Assembly: GCA_964291675.2 (NCBI GenBank)
Contig: OZ219865.1
Span: forward strand, 384,001-448,000
Reading direction: 5' to 3'
Length of the DNA: 64,000 bases
Origin: Alphaproteobacteria bacterium
GTDB lineage: Bacteria > Pseudomonadota > Alphaproteobacteria > MPNO01
Part shown: piece after piece, positions 1-8,677 of the stretch
Numbering within the stretch: the first letter of the stretch is position 1
Layout: each line of letters begins with the position of its first letter
Position numbers and translations under genes: made by a program
The notes under the pieces: generated by a model
What the model was told of the DNA's origin: nothing
The model's input: the letters and a program-made list of their open reading frames with translations, nothing else
The model's database searches: none

Positions 1-108
1 AAGGTCACCATGTGGCTGCGCCAGCAGGGCTACGACGGCGCGACCAATGTCGGCGGCGGCATCAACGCCTGGGCGGAGCGGATCGACCCGTCCTTGCCGC
101 AGTACTGA
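1..108 (+). CDS. Rhodanese-like domain protein, 3' end (partial)
   Basis: Frame 1 reads KVTMWLRQQGYDGATNVGGGINAWAERIDPSLPQY*, a typical rhodanese/MoeB C-terminal motif (GGI.AW...IDP.LP.Y). Confidence 0.8.
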   Translation, partial: KVTMWLRQQGYDGATNVGGGINAWAERIDPSLPQY

Positions 109-164
109 GCGAAGGGTCATCCCCGAGGCGCGCGGCGCTACTATCCTGTCAGGCAAATTAACGC

Positions 165-193
165 TTGACACGGGACGCGTCTTGGGGTATATT
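165..193 (+). promoter_or_regulatory. Sigma70-type promoter
   Basis: TTGACA (165-170), 17-nt spacer, TATATT (188-193). Confidence 0.65.
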
Positions 194-212
194 TGCCAAT
201 GCCGCGAGAATC

Positions 213-238
213 GGCGCCGGACATGCCGGCGCCTTTTT
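213..238 (+). terminator. Intrinsic terminator
   Basis: GGCGCCGG-acatg-CCGGCGCC stem-loop followed by TTTTT. Confidence 0.75.
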
Positions 239-307
239 CCGTGGGGGCGGTGTGCCGTCCAGGAAGTTGGCGTGCTCCCGCGTCCTGTCCCAGCCGCGTC
301 GCCGGCG

Positions 308-856
308 CTAAATCACCGCCTCGACGCGGGCGACCTCGGGGACGTAGTGGCGCAGCAGGTTCTCGACCCCCATCTTGAGGGTCGCCGTCGAGCTCGGGCA
401 GCCCTGGCAGGCGCCCTGCATCTGCAGATAGACCACGCCGTCCTCGAAGCCGTGGAAGATGATGTCGCCGCCGTCCATCGCGACGGCGGGCCGGACGCGG
501 GTGTCGAGCAGGTCCTTGATCTGCGTCACCACCTCGTCGTCGTCGGTCTCCGGCAGGGGCGAATCGGCGCTCTCGTCCACGACCGGCAGCCCGGCCGTCA
601 GATGCTCCATCAGCGCGCCGAGGATGGACGGCTTGAGGACATACCATTCGATCGCGTCGTCCTTGGTGACGCTGACGAAATCGGCGCCGAAGAACACCGC
701 CGCCACCCCGTCGACCGCGAACAGACGCGCGGCCAGAGGCGAGGACGCCGCCATCTCGGGGTTGGCGAAATGGACGGTTCCGTTCGCCATGATCGTCCGG
801 CCCGGCAGGAATTTGAGGGTCGCCGGGTTGGGGGTCTGCTCGGTCTGGATGAACAT
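308..856 (-). CDS. NifU/Nfu family Fe-S cluster carrier protein
   Basis: MFIQTEQTPNPATLKFLPG N-terminus; RVRPAVAMDGGDI and GACQGCPSS motifs. Confidence 0.95.
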   Translation of the reverse strand: MFIQTEQTPNPATLKFLPGRTIMANGTVHFANPEMAASSPLAARLFAVDGVAAVFFGADFVSVTKDDAIEWYVLKPSILGALMEHLTAGLPVVDESADSPLPETDDDEVVTQIKDLLDTRVRPAVAMDGGDIIFHGFEDGVVYLQMQGACQGCPSSTATLKMGVENLLRHYVPEVARVEAVI

Positions 857-914
857 GGCTGCTCTCGTCCTGGGCGGCTGCGTTCAGGGTGACATAGCAC
901 AAAATCGGCGCCGA

Positions 915-1472
915 TCAATTCTCGGCGCGGTAGCGGTTGAGCAGGGGAAGCTGGGTCAGGATGAACACGAAGCTGAGCCCCATGATGCCGAACACCTTGA
1001 AGCTGACCCAGAAATCGGTGCTCTGGGTGCGCCAGACCAGCTCGTTGAGCAACGCCATCGCGACGAAGAAGACGCCGAAGCGGAAGGTCAGCCTGGTCCA
1101 GCCCTCGTCGTTCATCTGCCAGGCCGCGCCCAGCACCGGCTTGAGCAGCGGCCTGCCGAAGGCGAGCCCGCCCAGCAACACCGCCGCGATCAGCCCCTGC
1201 ACGATGGTCGGCTTGACCTTGATGAAGGTCTCGTCGTTGAGCCAGAGGGTAAGGCCGCCGAACACGCCGACCACGCCGGCGGTGATCAGCGGCATCAGCG
1301 GCACCTGCCGGCTGACCGCGTAGGACAGCGCCAGCGCGGCGGCGGTGGCGATCATCAGCGCGGCGGTCGCGGCGATCAGGTCGGACAGCACATAGGCGAC
1401 GAAGAAGACGGCGAGCGGGCCGTACTCGGTGACCGGCTTGACCGCCCGAGCCGGGCCGGTTGCGGTTGTCAT
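915..1472 (-). CDS. ispZ: Intracellular septation protein A (YciB/IspZ)
   Basis: EYGPLAVFF, FIKVKPTI and DFWVSFKVFG motifs; multi-pass membrane protein. Confidence 0.9.
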   Translation of the reverse strand: MTTATGPARAVKPVTEYGPLAVFFVAYVLSDLIAATAALMIATAAALALSYAVSRQVPLMPLITAGVVGVFGGLTLWLNDETFIKVKPTIVQGLIAAVLLGGLAFGRPLLKPVLGAAWQMNDEGWTRLTFRFGVFFVAMALLNELVWRTQSTDFWVSFKVFGIMGLSFVFILTQLPLLNRYRAEN

Positions 1473-1623
1473 CGGCGGTCGGCCTCCCGGCGCGGTGCGG
1501 ACTTCGCGGGGCGGCCGCGTCGCGACCGCGCCCTACGGAGATGCAAGATGGGCGAAGCGGGCGCGCCTTTCAACCGCCGCCCTGGCGGGGTTGCGGCGGC
1601 AAGATTTGTGCTACGCTTCCGCC

Positions 1624-2166
1624 ATGGCAACGGCCGCCTGCAAACCGGGAACCAGGACGCCGCTCTCCGGCGAGGAGAGGAGGAGGCTCGAAGCGCTGCT
1701 CAAGGTGGCGGCGGAGAGCCCGTTTCCGGGCGAGCGCGCGAACGCGCTGGACGCCGCACGCAGGCTTGCCGGGCGTCACGGCATGTCGTTGCAGGAGGCC
1801 ACTCGGCCGGCCGCCGCCGCGGTCCGGCCGACGCGGCTGCCGCGCCGCGCCGGCCGGTTCGACGCGCGCGACATCGCCGATTTCGTCGCCTATTCGGAAG
1901 CCCGGCTGCGGGCCGACAAGGAACGCTACGAGCGTGCTCTGCGGGAGGCCATCGAACGCGGCCTCGACGACGGCATGCGGGTGCGCGCCCGCGCTGCCCA
2001 GCCGGATGCGTCGCCAAGGCCGCGCGGACCGTGCCGGAGCCCGCACAGCTTCGCCAGGGTGCTGCTGTCGGAGACCAGCCTGCCGCTCGGCGAGATCGTC
2101 AGCCTGACCGGGCTCGACATCTACCGGATCGTCGGCCTCAAGCTGAAGATGCGCTCCGCCGCCTGA
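1624..2166 (+). CDS. Hypothetical protein (DUF2786-like N-terminus, HTH-like C-terminus)
   Basis: LLKVAAESPFPGERANALDAARRL resembles DUF2786; C-terminal LPLGEIVSLTGLDIYRIV; start chosen at ATG 1624. Confidence 0.6.
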   Translation: MATAACKPGTRTPLSGEERRRLEALLKVAAESPFPGERANALDAARRLAGRHGMSLQEATRPAAAAVRPTRLPRRAGRFDARDIADFVAYSEARLRADKERYERALREAIERGLDDGMRVRARAAQPDASPRPRGPCRSPHSFARVLLSETSLPLGEIVSLTGLDIYRIVGLKLKMRSAA

Positions 2167-2173
2167 CCCCGGG

Positions 2174-3220
2174 CTACGGCTCGGGCACGAAGAACTGCAT
2201 GCCGAACCAGCGCCAGCGGCCGTCGCCGGCCGGCAGGGTGCAGTTGATGCGGGCGCGGCCGGGCGGGAAGGCTTCGGCGAGCTTGACGATGACCCGTCCC
2301 CGTCTCCGCCGTTCCAGCGCCGTGCGGCCCTGGCCGGATGCGTAGCAGGCCATCGAACGCAGCCCGCGGAGCGCGGCGCCGGCGACGGTGAACGCGAACT
2401 CCGGCGGGTTGTTGCGCCGGGTGAGCAGCGGATCGGCGGGCGCGATGTCCCGCGCCTCGATCGGCAGCGCATTGGCGGCGAGAACGAATCGGTCGAGGCT
2501 GCCATAGGTCTCGTTCATCGCGAAACGCGGCAGGTACAGATGGTCGGCGCCGTGATAGAGCACCCCCGAGTGCTGCCCGAACGCCGCGACGAAGCCGGCC
2601 TTGTCGACTTCGCTGCGCGCCGCGCTGCTGGTCTCGCCGAACGGGTAGGCGAACAGCGCTGGCCGTTTGCCGAGCTCCTGCTCGAAACGCCTGTTCGACC
2701 GGGCCAGCTCGTCGGCGTTCCCGACCGGCGGCAGCAGCGGCATATGCGGGTGCGAAGCGGTCTGGCTGCCGATGGTAACCCCGGCCGCCGCCAGCTCGCG
2801 GATCTGGTCCCAGTCCATGTAATTCCTGAAGCCGCGGTCGATCGGGTCGGTCGCGACGAACAGGGTGAAGGGAAGCCCGGCCTCGCGCAGCCGCGGCCAG
2901 CCCTCCCGGTAGAGCGACAGGAAGGCATCGTCGACGCTGAGCCCCACCGTGCGGTCGGGCAGCTTCCGCTTCTCGCGGATCGCGGCCGCGATCAGCGGCA
3001 GTGGCAGGACGGTGAATCGCCCGCTCTTGAGCGTCTCGATATGCGCGTCCAGCTGGGCGATCGAGGTGTTGGTCGACGGGTGGGCGCTCTCGCCGAAGCG
3101 GTGATACATGAAGACCACCGCCGAGCTGTCGGCCAATGCCGGCGCCGCGACGAGCAACGCCGCCGCGGCCGCGACCGCGACGAGGACGGGGCGCCGCAAC
3201 CGGCGGAAACCAATCCTCAT
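2174..3220 (-). CDS. Exported polysaccharide deacetylase family protein
   Basis: Signal peptide; MYHRF, SVDDAF, GSQTASHPH and FAYPFGE NodB-type motifs. Confidence 0.9.
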   Translation of the reverse strand: MRIGFRRLRRPVLVAVAAAAALLVAAPALADSSAVVFMYHRFGESAHPSTNTSIAQLDAHIETLKSGRFTVLPLPLIAAAIREKRKLPDRTVGLSVDDAFLSLYREGWPRLREAGLPFTLFVATDPIDRGFRNYMDWDQIRELAAAGVTIGSQTASHPHMPLLPPVGNADELARSNRRFEQELGKRPALFAYPFGETSSAARSEVDKAGFVAAFGQHSGVLYHGADHLYLPRFAMNETYGSLDRFVLAANALPIEARDIAPADPLLTRRNNPPEFAFTVAGAALRGLRSMACYASGQGRTALERRRRGRVIVKLAEAFPPGRARINCTLPAGDGRWRWFGMQFFVPEP

Positions 3221-3330
3221 GACCTGTTACCCGATGAATGGGCGCGTCGACCGCACGCCATCCGGCATTGTCGGCCGGCGCCCCGGGGAGTCAATCGAAA
3301 CCGCCCGCCGGCTCGATTTCCCCTTTGCCC

Positions 3331-3358
3331 TTGCCCGGCGCGGCGATCCGAATAGATT
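3331..3358 (+). promoter_or_regulatory. Candidate sigma70 promoter of the catabolic operon
   Basis: TTGCCC-N16-TAGATT upstream of the DUF35 gene. Confidence 0.4.
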
Positions 3359-3395
3359 GCTTCCATCCGGAGGCCTCCGGGAGAGGGAGTCCAGC

Positions 3396-3830
3396 TTGAC
3401 CGAGACGGCGCATGCGGAACCGCCGCTGATCGCGGGCGAGGCGGTGAGCTTCGACGACGACGGAAGGCCGACGCTGATCGGCTCGGAATGCGCCGACTGC
3501 CGGGCCCGGGCGTTCCCGCCGGCCGCGCTCTGCCCGGAATGCATGGGCGGCGATGTCCGGAAGCTGGCGCTGGGCCGTTCGGGCCGGCTCTACAGCTACT
3601 CCACCGTCCACGTGGCGCCGCGCGGCTGGACGGTCCCCTACATCGCCGGCTATGTCGACCTGCCCGAAGGGGTGCGCGTGTTCACCCACGTGGTGGATGC
3701 GGCGGACGCCGAGCTCTCGATGGAGATGGAGGTCGAGCTCACCACCGCCGCGCTCGGCAGCGACGGCGACGGGCGGGCGTTCTCCAGCTACGCCTTCCGC
3801 CCCCGCAGGACGGGGAGAGCCGATGCGTGA
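3396..3830 (+). CDS. Zn-ribbon/OB-fold (DUF35) thiolase partner protein
   Basis: CADC...CPEC zinc ribbon, then GRLYSYSTVH..PY..GYVDL.EG OB-fold; TTG start after GAGGGAG. Confidence 0.9.
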   Translation: MTETAHAEPPLIAGEAVSFDDDGRPTLIGSECADCRARAFPPAALCPECMGGDVRKLALGRSGRLYSYSTVHVAPRGWTVPYIAGYVDLPEGVRVFTHVVDAADAELSMEMEVELTTAALGSDGDGRAFSSYAFRPRRTGRADA

Positions 3831-4962
3831 CGTCTCGGTGATCGGCGCCGGCATGGTCCGGTTCGCCAAGCAGCCGGACAAGACGCTGGCCGGGATCGCC
3901 TGGCCCGCGGTCAAGCAGGCGATCGACGACTCGGGCGTCGCGAAACGGGATATCGAGGCCGCCTGGTGCGGCACCGCGCTCGGCGGGATGATGTCGGGGC
4001 AGCGCATCCTCAAGGCGATCGGCCTGACCGGCCTCCCCATCGTCAATGTCGAGAACGCCTGCTCGTCCTCGTCGAGCGCATTCCGCGAGGCCTGGATCGC
4101 GGTGGCGGCCGGGCTCTACGACGTGGCGCTGGTCATCGGGGTCGAGAAGCTCACCAGGTTCGGCGGCGGCACCCTGCCGCTGGAGACCGAGGATTTCGAG
4201 GTCGCCCACGGCATGGTGATGCCGGCGCTCTACGGCATGCGGGCGAAGCGCTACATGCACGATTACGGGCTGACGCGCGAACAGCTCGCCCGCGTCGCGG
4301 TGAAGGCGCACGACCACGGCGCGCTCAACGAGGACGCCCAGTACCGCAACCGGATCACCGTCGGCGAGGTGATGGCGGCGAGACCCATCGCCGACCCCTT
4401 CACGTTGCTGCATTGCTGCCCGTCGGGCGACGGGGCGGCGGCGCTGGTGATCGCCGCGGACTCGGTCGCCGCGCGCTATACCGCGAGACCGGTCCGGGTG
4501 CGCGCCTCCGAGCTCGCATCGGGCAAGTACATGACCGGCTTCCGCGACATGACCACGCCCGAGATCACCGTGCGCGGCGCCGCGGAAGCCTACGAGACGG
4601 CCGGACTCGGCCCGGAAGACATCGACGTCGCCGAGGTGCACGACGCCTTCACCATCGCCGAGCTCCTGTACTACGAGGCCCTCGGCTTCTGCGCTCGCGG
4701 CGACGCGGCGGGGCTGCTGGAGGATGGCGAGACCTCGCTCGGCGGGCGCATACCGGTAAACCCGTCCGGCGGGTTGCTGTCGAAGGGACACCCGATCGGC
4801 GCCACCGGCGCGGCGCAGATGGTCGAGATCGTCCGCCAGCTACGCGGCGATTGCGGCACCCGCCAGGTCGAGGGGGCGAGAACCGGGCTCACCCATTGCA
4901 CGGGTGGCGGCATCTCGGGCTTCGACCACGGCGCCTGCTCGATCCACATTTTCTCGAACTAG
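3823..4962 (+). CDS. Thiolase family protein (SCP2/SCPx-type)
   Basis: VENACSS, EVHDAF and NPSGGLLSKGHPIGATG motifs; overlaps DUF35 gene. Confidence 0.92.
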   Translation: MRDVSVIGAGMVRFAKQPDKTLAGIAWPAVKQAIDDSGVAKRDIEAAWCGTALGGMMSGQRILKAIGLTGLPIVNVENACSSSSSAFREAWIAVAAGLYDVALVIGVEKLTRFGGGTLPLETEDFEVAHGMVMPALYGMRAKRYMHDYGLTREQLARVAVKAHDHGALNEDAQYRNRITVGEVMAARPIADPFTLLHCCPSGDGAAALVIAADSVAARYTARPVRVRASELASGKYMTGFRDMTTPEITVRGAAEAYETAGLGPEDIDVAEVHDAFTIAELLYYEALGFCARGDAAGLLEDGETSLGGRIPVNPSGGLLSKGHPIGATGAAQMVEIVRQLRGDCGTRQVEGARTGLTHCTGGGISGFDHGACSIHIFSN

Positions 4963-4976
4963 CGGCGAGGGAAGGG

Positions 4977-5849
4977 ATGAAACCTCCGCCATTCACCTAT
5001 CACGACCCGCGAACGATCCCCGAAGTGCTGGATCTGCTGGCGGAGAAGGACAACGCGCGGCTGCTCTCGGGCGGGCAGTCGCTGATGCCCATGCTCAACA
5101 TGCGCTACGTGCTGCCCGACGACGTGATCGACCTCAACCGGGTCGACGGGCTGACGGGGATCGAGGCGGCCAACGGCTCGCTCAGCATCCGCGGCATGAC
5201 GCGCCAGCGCGACATCGAGTTCTCCGATGCGGTCTCGGCGCGCTGCCCGATCATGAGCGAGGCGATCCTCCAGGTCGGCCACCGCCAGACCCGCAACCGC
5301 GGCACGCTCGGCGGCAGCCTCGCCCATCTCGACCCCTCGGCCGAGATCCCGGCGGTGGCGATGGCGCTCGACGCGACGATCCATGTCGAGAGCAAGCGCG
5401 GCAGGCGCGACATCGCGATGGCCGATTTCCCGGCCGGCTACATGACCCCGTCGATCGAGCTCGACGAGATGGTGACGGCTGCGACCTTCCCGCTCTGGGA
5501 CGAGGGACACGGCTACGCCTTCATCGAGTTCGCCCGCCGGCACGGCGATTTCGCCATCGTGTCGGCCGCCGCGCTGCTCACCGTGGACGGCGCCGGCAAG
5601 GTCGACCGGGTCTCGATCACGGTCAGCGGCGTCGGCCCCTCGCCGGTGCGCTGCACCGAGGCCGAGGCGATGATTTTGGGGCAGACGCCCGGGCTCGAGC
5701 TGTTCCGCGAGGCGGCGGAGACCGCGCGCGCCTACGAGGCGATGGAGGACGTGCATGCGCCGTCTTCCTATCGCCAGCATCTGGCGGCCGTGCTGTCGCG
5801 GCGCGCGCTCGAGAAGGCGCAGACGCGTCTGGGAGGTTCCAATGGCTGA
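4977..5849 (+). CDS. Molybdenum hydroxylase (xanthine dehydrogenase/CoxM family) FAD-binding subunit
   Basis: MKPPPFTYH, GGQSLMPMLNMR, RNRGTLGGS and RRHGDFA motifs. Confidence 0.93.
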   Translation: MKPPPFTYHDPRTIPEVLDLLAEKDNARLLSGGQSLMPMLNMRYVLPDDVIDLNRVDGLTGIEAANGSLSIRGMTRQRDIEFSDAVSARCPIMSEAILQVGHRQTRNRGTLGGSLAHLDPSAEIPAVAMALDATIHVESKRGRRDIAMADFPAGYMTPSIELDEMVTAATFPLWDEGHGYAFIEFARRHGDFAIVSAAALLTVDGAGKVDRVSITVSGVGPSPVRCTEAEAMILGQTPGLELFREAAETARAYEAMEDVHAPSSYRQHLAAVLSRRALEKAQTRLGGSNG

Positions 5850-6333
5850 CCGGCGCCGGATCAGCGTCACCATCAACGGCGACACCTACGAGCGCGAGGT
5901 CGAGACCAGGCTCCTGCTGTCCGACTTCATCCGCCACGAATGCGAGCTCACCGGCACCCATGTCGGCTGCGAGCACGGGGTGTGCGGCGCCTGCACCATC
6001 CTGCTCGACGGGTTGACGGCCAGAAGCTGCCTGATGCTCGCCGTCCAGGCGGACGGCCACGAGCTTCTGACCATCGAGGGCATCGCGCCCAACGAGGAGG
6101 AGCTGCACCCGCTGCAACAGGCATTTATGGACAATCACGGCCTGCAATGCGGCTACTGCACGCCGGGCATGCTGACCACGCTGCTCGAATTCCTGCGCGA
6201 CAACCCGGACCCGACGGAGCAGGAGGTGAGGATCGCCATCTCCGGCAATCTCTGCCGCTGCACCGGATACCAGGGGATCGTCGACGCCGCGCTCGATGCG
6301 GCGGGGCGCCTGAGGGCGGAGGCCGGGGCCTAA
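5842..6333 (+). CDS. Molybdenum hydroxylase (2Fe-2S) small subunit (CoxS family)
   Basis: GCEHGVCGACT, QCGYCTPG and GNLCRCTGY motifs. Confidence 0.95.
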   Translation: MADRRRISVTINGDTYEREVETRLLLSDFIRHECELTGTHVGCEHGVCGACTILLDGLTARSCLMLAVQADGHELLTIEGIAPNEEELHPLQQAFMDNHGLQCGYCTPGMLTTLLEFLRDNPDPTEQEVRIAISGNLCRCTGYQGIVDAALDAAGRLRAEAGA

Positions 6334-6337
6334 CGTC

Positions 6338-8677
6338 ATGGGTGCCAAGGCGATGGGCGCCCGGGTCAAACGCATGGAGGACCCGGCGCTTCTGACCGGC
6401 CGCGCGACCTTCACCGACGACATCCACCTGCCGGGCATGCTGGAGGCGGCTTTCGTCCGCTCGGCCCAGGCGCATGCGCGCATCCGCGCGATCGACAAGG
6501 CGGCGGCCGAGGCGATGCCGGGCGTCTTCCACGTGGTGACGGCGGCCGACCTGCCACCCGGGCTGCGCCAGGTCCGGGTGCCGTTCCAGGTGCCCAACCC
6601 GGCGATCACCCAGCCCTTCCAGCAGCGCCTGCTGGAAGACGAGGAGGTGTGCTTCGTCGGCGAGGCGATCGCCATGGTGCTCGCCGAGACCCGCTACCAG
6701 GCGGAGGACGCCGCCGCCGCGGTCGAAATCGACTACGAGGTGCTGCCCGCCGCGTCGAACTGCCGGGACGCGCTGGCCGACGGCGCGCCGCCCTGCCACG
6801 CCGACAGCGGGAACAACCTCTGCGCCGAGTTCAAGCTGGGCTATGGCGACGCCGCCGGCGCCTTCGCCGATGCCGAGCACGTCTTCGCGGCCTCGCTGTG
6901 GAGCCACCGGGGCGCCGGGCTCGCGGTGGAGAACCGGGCCGTGGTCGCCGAGCCCGACGCCTTGCGCGACGTGGTCACGCTGTGGTCGGCCACCCAGTCC
7001 CCCTTCCTGGTCAAGCAGAACGTGGTCGACATGCTGGACTGGCCGGCCGACCGGCTGCGCGTGATCGCGCCCGAGGTGGGCGGCGGGTTCGGCCCCAAGA
7101 CGGTCTACTATGTCGAGGAGGCGCTGATCCCGCTCTGCGCGATGACCTTCGACCGGCCGATCAAGTGGGTCGAGGACCGGCGCGAGAACTTCGTCGCCAC
7201 CAACCAGGAGCGCGACCAGTACTGGGACATGGCGCTTGCCTGCGACGGGGACGGAAAGATCCTCGCGGTGCGCGGCACGATGATCCACGACACCGGCGCC
7301 TACATGCCGTGGGGGATCATCAGCCCCTACATCTCCGCGACCACGGTGCCCGGCCCCTATGTCGTGCCCGCTTACGAGCTGACCACCCGCGTCGCGCTGA
7401 CCAACAAGGTCGCGGTGACCCCGGTGCGCGGCGCCGGGCGGCCGCAGGCGGTGTTCGCGATGGAGCGCCTGCTCGACCGCGCGGCGGACGGGCTGGGCAT
7501 CGACCGGGCGGAGATCCGGCGCCGCAACTTCATCCCGACGGACGCGATGCCGTACTCCTTCGGGCTGATCTTCCGCGACGGCAAGCCGATGACCTATGAC
7601 AGCGGCGACTACCCGCGCTGCCAGGCGGAGGCGCTGGCGCTCGCCGATTACGACGGCTTCCCGGGGCGGCGAGATAAGGCCGAGGCCGAAGGCCGCCATG
7701 TCGGGATCGGCATCGCCAACTTCGTCGAGGGCACCGGGCTCGGGCCGTTCGAGGGCGCGACGGTGCGGGTGCACGCGAACGGCAGGATCACCGTCTATAC
7801 CGGGGGCGGCGATTCCGGCCAGGGGCACTGGACGACGCTCGCCCAGCTCTGCGCCGAGCCGCTCGGCGTCGATCCGGCGGACGTCGCCGTCGAGGTCGGC
7901 GATACCGGCAAGATCGCCAACGGCATCGGCACCTTCGCGAGCCGGATCGCGGTGAATGCCGGCAACTCGGTCCATCTCGCCGCGACCTCGGTGCGCGAGA
8001 AGGCGATCAGGATCGCCTCGCATCTGCTGGAGGCGGCCGAGGAAGACCTCGACATCGAGGACGGGCGGATCTTCGTCAAGGGGGTGCCCGAGGTGTCGAC
8101 GACCTTGCGCGACGTCGCCCGGGCGGTGCGCGGCATGCCCGGCTTCTCGCTGCCCGGCGGGGTCGAGCCCGGCCTCGAATCGACCGAGTATTTCTCCCCG
8201 CCCCAGGCGGCCTATTGCAACGGCACCGCGGTCGTCGAGGTCGAGGTCGATCCCGATACCGGCCATGTCGAGATCCTGAACTACGCGATGGCGCACGATT
8301 CGGGGAACCTGATCAACCCCTTCATCGTAGACGGCCAGGTGCACGGCGCCTGCGCGCACGGCATCGGCAACACCCTGCTGGAGTGGATGGGCTATGACGG
8401 CGACGCCCAGCCGGTGACGACGAATTTCGCCGACTACCTGCTGCCGGGCGCGCCCGACGTGCCCCGGATCGACGTGGTCCACGTCGAGTCGCCCACCCCC
8501 AACAACCCGCTCGGCGTCAAGGGGGCGGGGGAGGGGGGGACGATCCCCGCGCTCGCCGCCATCGTCGCCGCGGTCGAGGACGCGCTCGGCCCGTTCGGGG
8601 TGGCGCTCGACGACGTGCCGATCATGCCGGGCCGGCTGGCCGCGCTGATCGAGGACGCGAGAGCGCGCGCCGGGTGA
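6338..8677 (+). CDS. Molybdenum hydroxylase molybdopterin-binding large subunit (CoxL-like, not form I CODH)
   Basis: GGGFGPK, PVRGAGRPQ, GQGHWT and GVKGAGEGG motifs. Confidence 0.93.
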   Translation: MGAKAMGARVKRMEDPALLTGRATFTDDIHLPGMLEAAFVRSAQAHARIRAIDKAAAEAMPGVFHVVTAADLPPGLRQVRVPFQVPNPAITQPFQQRLLEDEEVCFVGEAIAMVLAETRYQAEDAAAAVEIDYEVLPAASNCRDALADGAPPCHADSGNNLCAEFKLGYGDAAGAFADAEHVFAASLWSHRGAGLAVENRAVVAEPDALRDVVTLWSATQSPFLVKQNVVDMLDWPADRLRVIAPEVGGGFGPKTVYYVEEALIPLCAMTFDRPIKWVEDRRENFVATNQERDQYWDMALACDGDGKILAVRGTMIHDTGAYMPWGIISPYISATTVPGPYVVPAYELTTRVALTNKVAVTPVRGAGRPQAVFAMERLLDRAADGLGIDRAEIRRRNFIPTDAMPYSFGLIFRDGKPMTYDSGDYPRCQAEALALADYDGFPGRRDKAEAEGRHVGIGIANFVEGTGLGPFEGATVRVHANGRITVYTGGGDSGQGHWTTLAQLCAEPLGVDPADVAVEVGDTGKIANGIGTFASRIAVNAGNSVHLAATSVREKAIRIASHLLEAAEEDLDIEDGRIFVKGVPEVSTTLRDVARAVRGMPGFSLPGGVEPGLESTEYFSPPQAAYCNGTAVVEVEVDPDTGHVEILNYAMAHDSGNLINPFIVDGQVHGACAHGIGNTLLEWMGYDGDAQPVTTNFADYLLPGAPDVPRIDVVHVESPTPNNPLGVKGAGEGGTIPALAAIVAAVEDALGPFGVALDDVPIMPGRLAALIEDARARAG

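Noticed and set aside
4977-8677. Aerobic CO dehydrogenase (coxMSL) call
   Set aside because: Lacks the AYxCSFR motif and the coxDEFG accessory genes
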